A stretch of 63,739 nucleotides of DNA, filler included, from Guillardia theta CCMP2712 (Eukaryota; Protista; Cryptophyta): the NCBI RefSeq assembly GCF_000315625.1. It is 9 parts of 9 records of this genome, joined end to end, with 100 filler letters (N's around TTAATTAATTAA, not from the genome) between each part and the next. Parts side by side here need not be neighbours in the genome. Positions count along the whole stretch, not along the records: positions 58,723 to 60,688 come from NW_005434572.1; positions 60,789 to 62,528 come from NW_005434449.1; positions 62,629 to 63,739 come from NW_005434437.1; 6 more parts are not named here. One strand, 5' to 3'. A model generated the notes under the pieces. The model saw nothing but the letters and a program-made list of their open reading frames with translations. It had not been told where the DNA came from and did no database searches. Position 1 is the stretch's first letter, and each line of letters opens with the position of its first letter. The position numbers and the translations under genes were made by a program. Of this stretch, positions 58,911 through 63,739 are shown piece by piece.

Positions 58911-59613
58911 GCATACATCAAACTCCTCATTCAACGAAAACTTGATCATCATCGCAAGAGTTGTTGTGTCTCCCTTTCCATTCATGTTCGAGGCTGAAGG
59001 AGAAGTTGATTGCAGGAGTTGAGCATCCAACTGATCTGAAAGTAAGACCAACAAGAAACAATCTTGCTCTCTGACCTTCATGGGCAAACATGCTGGGAAT
59101 GACTTGAAATTTTCCTTCTCAACGGAATATTTGACGAGCACAGCATGCTTGCTAACATCGTCGGAGGAGACTTGAAGGAGGAGAGGAAAAATAATCTCCT
59201 CCCCTTTCTTTCCTCGCCCGTTCGCCCGCTCAGCCATCAGGATAGTTTGAGTTGGCAGGATTTTGACTTTCTCCTGTCACGGTGAAACGATGAGACTGAA
59301 ATGGTGATATTTCTTCTCAACATGCAGCAAGGAAGGAAGATGAGAGATGAAGAAGATGAAGGAAGAGAAGTTCTGTGATGAGATAAAGATGCAAACAAGA
59401 TATCACGAGGGTCAGAAGATAAGACGTTGGAGAAAGTTGAAGATTATTCCATTTGTGTGATAACACCTCGAAGGAGGAGGAAGATACTGAGGAGGAGGAG
59501 GAGCAGGAGGAGGACGAGGACGAGGAGGAGCAGGGAGCAGGAGAAGGAGCAAGGAGCAAGGAGCAACGAGCAGGAGCAGGAGAAGGAGCAGGAAGCAGGA
59601 AGCAGGAAGCAGG

Positions 59614-59659
<46 letters not shown>

Positions 59660-60470
59660 GTGTCGAGGGGAGAGCGCTAGAGAGAGCGAATACCTTGATC
59701 CCTGACAGCTGTTTGATCTCTGACTTGTTCGCGGGGAAACACAGACACATCAAGATTTCCTTCATATGAACAATCAGGTTGAACAACAGAATTGATATCA
59801 TAATCATCATCATCATCATCATCATCATCAACCACAACAACATGTCTTACCTCGAAGTTCATCTCACTCATACCCTCGACATAACTGAAAGATATTTCTC
59901 CATCCACTCGACATCGTTTGACCTGAGATATCGTTTTATCCATTGCCGTCACCTCAACATATTTGCAACCTTGTTGTTCTGTGAAAATTCAACAATCATC
60001 CTTTCCCGCGTGTTCGCGTACAAACACGGTCCTTTGGTCATCAAGACATCCATTGCAAAGAACTGATTTTCTTGCATTCTTGCTGATTTTCTCGTGATTG
60101 TAGTGAGGGGCGTTGATGAAATATTCAACACTGCGAAACAAACAAGTCAAGACAGCGCGTCCGACATTCAAACCTGATACAAACAGGCAAAACATACCTC
60201 TCTTGTCATCATCAAAACCATTTGGAGAATCTCTTCTGTCCGTCAACAGCTGATCGTCTGTCGTATTGTTGTCAACACAACAACACATAACATCCTTCGC
60301 TCTTTTCCTTTCTCCTCCGTCGCGCTGATCTCACTTTGAGGAATTTCGTCAAGTTTGTTCATGTCTGATTGGAAAGTTTAGAACAAGAACAAGAAGCGAG
60401 TGAATTGCCATTGATGTCATGATGTAAGAAATCTTCGAAGCCATCCCGAGACGAAAGTCGACTGACAAGA
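58910..60470 (-). CDS. Internal part of a multi-exon hypothetical gene
   Basis: Coding-like exons (FFAMDVLMTKGPCLYANTRERMIVEFSQNNK; VSSDDVSKHAVLVKYSVEKENFKSFPACLPMK) with GT..AG introns. Confidence 0.45.
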
Positions 60471-60688
60471 CTTGAGACAGAAGCAGGGGAGGGGGCACGA
60501 GGAAATACGGAGGAGAGAGGGAGGAGGTTTGGAGAGAGGTGGTGGGGTTGGAAAGGGACAGAGGGAAACAGATCATCGGGGGAGGAGGAGGGAGCCAGGA
60601 AGAAGGAAGGAGGAGGAGGAGGGAGGAGGGAGGGGAGGGAGGGGAGGGAGGGGAGGGAGGGGAGACGGGAGACGAAGGCAAGAGGAGT

Positions 60689-60788
60689 NNNNNNNNNNNN
60701 NNNNNNNNNNNNNNNNNNNNNNNNNNNNNNNNTTAATTAATTAANNNNNNNNNNNNNNNNNNNNNNNNNNNNNNNNNNNNNNNNNNNN
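60689..60788. other. Artificial scaffold linker
   Basis: N44-TTAATTAATTAA-N44. Confidence 0.95.
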
Positions 60789-60789
60789 C

Positions 60790-62058
60790 TGTCACGGTTG
60801 GACGCAGGAGGCGTCCTCTTGCCGTTCTGAGCTCCCTGCAAGACGGTGTAGACCTCGATGTCTGGGTCCTTGGCTCCGACAGTCCGTATGATAGGCAGAA
60901 CCTCTTCTCAGGTAGGTTGGCCTGACGGTTGGAGGACATAGGAGAGCTCTGCCTGCAGACTTGATGGGGTTGACGCTGAGGCTCTATCACGGACGCAGCT
61001 GGTCATTCAGCTCTCGAGCAGCTCAGCCTCACTTGATGGGACCATACTCCTTCGCCTTGCATGGCACCCTCCAATGCCTCTCACCACCTGATCGCACCTC
61101 CCTTCCACTTCCCTCCCACCCTCCCTCCTCCTCCTCCCTCTCTCCCCTCCCTCTTTTCCTCTCCCTCTCCCTCTCCCTCTCTTCCTCGCCCTCACGATCC
61201 AACCTCCTCCCTCTCCCTCTCTTCCCTGCCTCCTTCTCTTACTGTCCCCTGTTTTCTCCTCCTCTCACTGTCCTCTATCCTCTCCTCCTCTGCATGCTCC
61301 TGCCCTCCCCGCCTGACTCAACCCGCTCGCTCCCTAGCTAGCATATCCATTCACTGCCCCGAATTCCCGAATATTCTGATCTAATGAAGTTTCTATTTCT
61401 GAAATGCTGCCCTTCATAAATGCGTCTGCTCGCACAGATTCAGATTCTGTTTCCCCTCTTTCAGCACTGTTCCCGCCATTCCCGCCCTCCCGCCCAGATT
61501 CCCGCCATTCCAGCGCCATTCCCGCCATGGAAGGAGGGAGTGTACAGGACGACCTATGCGGTGAAGGGCGACCTCAAGACAACCAATTCGACCAATTCGA
61601 TTACTTATCATATTTATCGTCATCAGCATCCGAGTCAGGTGACGAAGAACTGAGTCCAGAAGAGAGGCGATGTCCCATACGCAAGTTACAAAAATTAATT
61701 CGCTTCGTCGACGATCCATTGGGTGAGTTGACCGGCAGTTTATCCCGTCCTACCTTGCCTAAACGCCAGGTGTCTCTGCCGCGACGGAAACGGCAAAGTG
61801 AGTCCGGTAGACTTGACGGGTTCTCTTGGCAGCCTCTTGGAAACGGCCCTAAAAGCCGCAGGACAACAGGAGGACGAGGAGGAGCAGAAGGAGCAGCAGG
61901 AGCAGCAGGAGGGGCAGAAGGAGAAGGAGCAGCAGCAGGAGCAGCAGCAGGAGGAGGGGCAAGGGCAGGGGCAGGAGTCCAACCGAGAAATGGCGAGCAA
62001 GAGAATTCAAAGGATGGCGAAAGGGAAGTCGAGCGATAGGGGGCGTGGAGATGTGTGA
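60790..62058 (+). CDS. Partial hypothetical gene(s)
   Basis: Coding-like blocks at 60800-61075 and 61400-62058; no recognisable domain. Confidence 0.3.
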
Positions 62059-62528
62059 ATCATCTTGCCTTTACCGATTTGAATCATATTAAATCATTCG
62101 ATGATTCATTTGTGAGCTATCTTGTCATTGCAATTATGAATTGATTTGTTGTACTCTAGGATTCGATCGGAACGAACAGGTCAGAACAGATCAGATCTAG
62201 TGACTACAAAATCAACCTCATTTTGATCAGTGAGTTGTAACATAGAATCCATCTCTGGCTCCTATTTCAAGATGTCGTTGTTGATGAGGATCATGACGTC
62301 CAGCCGTGCTCACGAATAACTTTGTAACTGTTCCTCCTGCTCTGTATGCTGTTCCTCCTGCTCCTGCTCCTGCTCCAACCTCTATTTCTGGACTTACTCC
62401 TGAAATATGCGCCTGCTCCTCCTGCTCCTCCTGCTCCTCCTGCTCCTCCTGCTCCTCCTGCTCCTCCTGCTCGTTGGTCCCTCCCTCTCCCTCTCTCTCT
62501 CCCTCCCTCCCCCTCCCTCCCTCCCTCC

Positions 62529-62628
62529 NNNNNNNNNNNNNNNNNNNNNNNNNNNNNNNNNNNNNNNNNNNNTTAATTAATTAANNNNNNNNNNNNNNNN
62601 NNNNNNNNNNNNNNNNNNNNNNNNNNNN
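62529..62628. other. Artificial scaffold linker
   Basis: N44-TTAATTAATTAA-N44. Confidence 0.95.
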
Positions 62629-63540
62629 GTAGTCGCGACTCCGCACGTCCCTCGATTGCATCGAAGAGAGCCTGGCGGTCGAGGGAGTTGAAGGCGTTCT
62701 TTGCATCCAAACTCACCAGCACTGTGGGGTTGGCAACATCCTCATCATCACCGCGAGCGTGAAGGGGCAGGAGCGCTGACGCGGTTTGCGAGAACTTCAG
62801 ACAGCCGTCTCGATCGAGTCCGAACTGAATCGCTCGAGGGTGAGACGAGAGGAAGTGCTGGTCAAGAAATGAGCGAATCGCTGCCAAAGCAAGCTTCGTC
62901 GCGAGTCGACGGTGTGCAGAACCGATGACAATTGGCCGGAGACCAGGTTTATCAGCTCCCTTGGAGAGGGGAATAAATCTGCCTCCTCGACGAATGGCTG
63001 ACAGGGCAGGAATAAGAAGATCCGGCATCCGGCCAAGAAGGACCCCTTGGAGGATATGTTTGCAGTCTCGCTGTGGACTGTGTACCTGCCGGTTCAGCTT
63101 GTTCCTGCTTTGTTTTGCTTGAGGCACTTTTTATCTTCTGCCAGTAAATCCTATATCCTCCTTTGCAGTAGAGCTTCAAAGCTGCAGGATGACTAGAAAG
63201 GGGTGACAGGTGTTGCCGAATCCTGCCAGTAAATCCTATATCTGTCCTCCACCCTTGGTCATCGGTCCCCGCAAAGGAGCTGTAGCGCTTGATCGCCTGG
63301 ATCAGGCTAGTGGTGTCGAGGATGTCAGTCAAATCCACCTGCAATACTGCAAGCGCTTGCTGGGTGAGATGATCCGCGGAAGCACTTCCAAAGGCAGGCG
63401 ACGCACCATCAGGGAACTTCTCTTGTGCTTCAGCAAGAAGATCAGCGAGCGCCAAAGACAGTTGGCGATTCATCAGTTCACTGCGGGTGACCTTCATCGG
63501 GCGGTACCGGGACACTACTGAGCTCCGGCATCTACAGGGC
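62629..63540 (-). mobile_element. Degenerate non-LTR retrotransposon reverse transcriptase, CRE/SLACS-like
   Basis: GWR..H, IPLSK...LRPIVIGSAHRRLATK, QFG...DG and LVSLDAKNAFNSLDR are RT domains 0-3 of CRE-type elements; interrupted by two insertions. Confidence 0.85.
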
Positions 63541-63548
63541 TGAATCTT

Positions 63549-63739
63549 TCGCTGATCTTCTTGCTGAAGCACAAGAGAAGTTCCCTGATGGTGCGTCGCC
63601 TGCCTTTGGAAGTGCTTCCGCGGCTCATCTCACCCAGCAAGCGCTTGCAGTACTGCAGGAAATAGGATTTACTGGCAGAAGGTAAAAAGTGCCTCAAGCA
63701 AAACAAAGCAGGACAAGCTGAACCTCCTGGCACACAGTC
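63549..63739 (+). mobile_element. Inverted partial copy of the CRE element joined to a third copy of the short insert
   Basis: 63549-63659 is the reverse complement of 63338-63448; 63661-63739 is the reverse complement of ~63077-63153. Confidence 0.8.

Noticed and set aside
58667-58930. Poly-H/poly-I/poly-M ORFs (also ~11000, ~13500, ~19200, ~20900)
   Set aside because: Translations of intronic or intergenic microsatellites.

Overview
Eukaryotic nuclear DNA, most likely a cryptophyte alga of the Guillardia/Hanusia type. This is an inference from 40-70 nt introns, purine- or pyrimidine-only introns, IFPRRK-type RWP-RK genes and a signal peptide followed by LRLRGG. The window is not contiguous: eight N44-TTAATTAATTAA-N44 six-frame-stop linkers join nine separate scaffolds. 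Recognisable genes, spliced by eye: a UBA-like/low-complexity protein, a membrane-anchored pepsin-family protease whose N-lobe DTGS segment lies after the C-lobe, four RWP-RK transcription factors, a secreted 'RxGxIxW...WGDG...CCR' adhesin-like protein, a GT23/FUT8-like fucosyltransferase, a giant coiled-coil protein, MPDU1, a PDZ/coiled-coil protein, an LTR-retrotransposon 5' end and a decayed CRE-type non-LTR element. The best candidate for an undescribed system is a ~9 kb array (31.3-39.8 kb). There, three RWP-RK genes alternate with three intact copies and one remnant of an unknown small gene 'X' (core DIRLRRTIKPSPDW...RRASF...KKRRQS...ELLWNSVM), with patchwork sequence homogenisation and a shared upstream GTCACGAGG motif. 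Also notable are recurrent GC-rich intergenic islands carrying a conserved ~35 bp AT-rich motif, and one short sequence inserted three times, in the same orientation, into the CRE element. No database searches were run; all family calls come from motif recognition.
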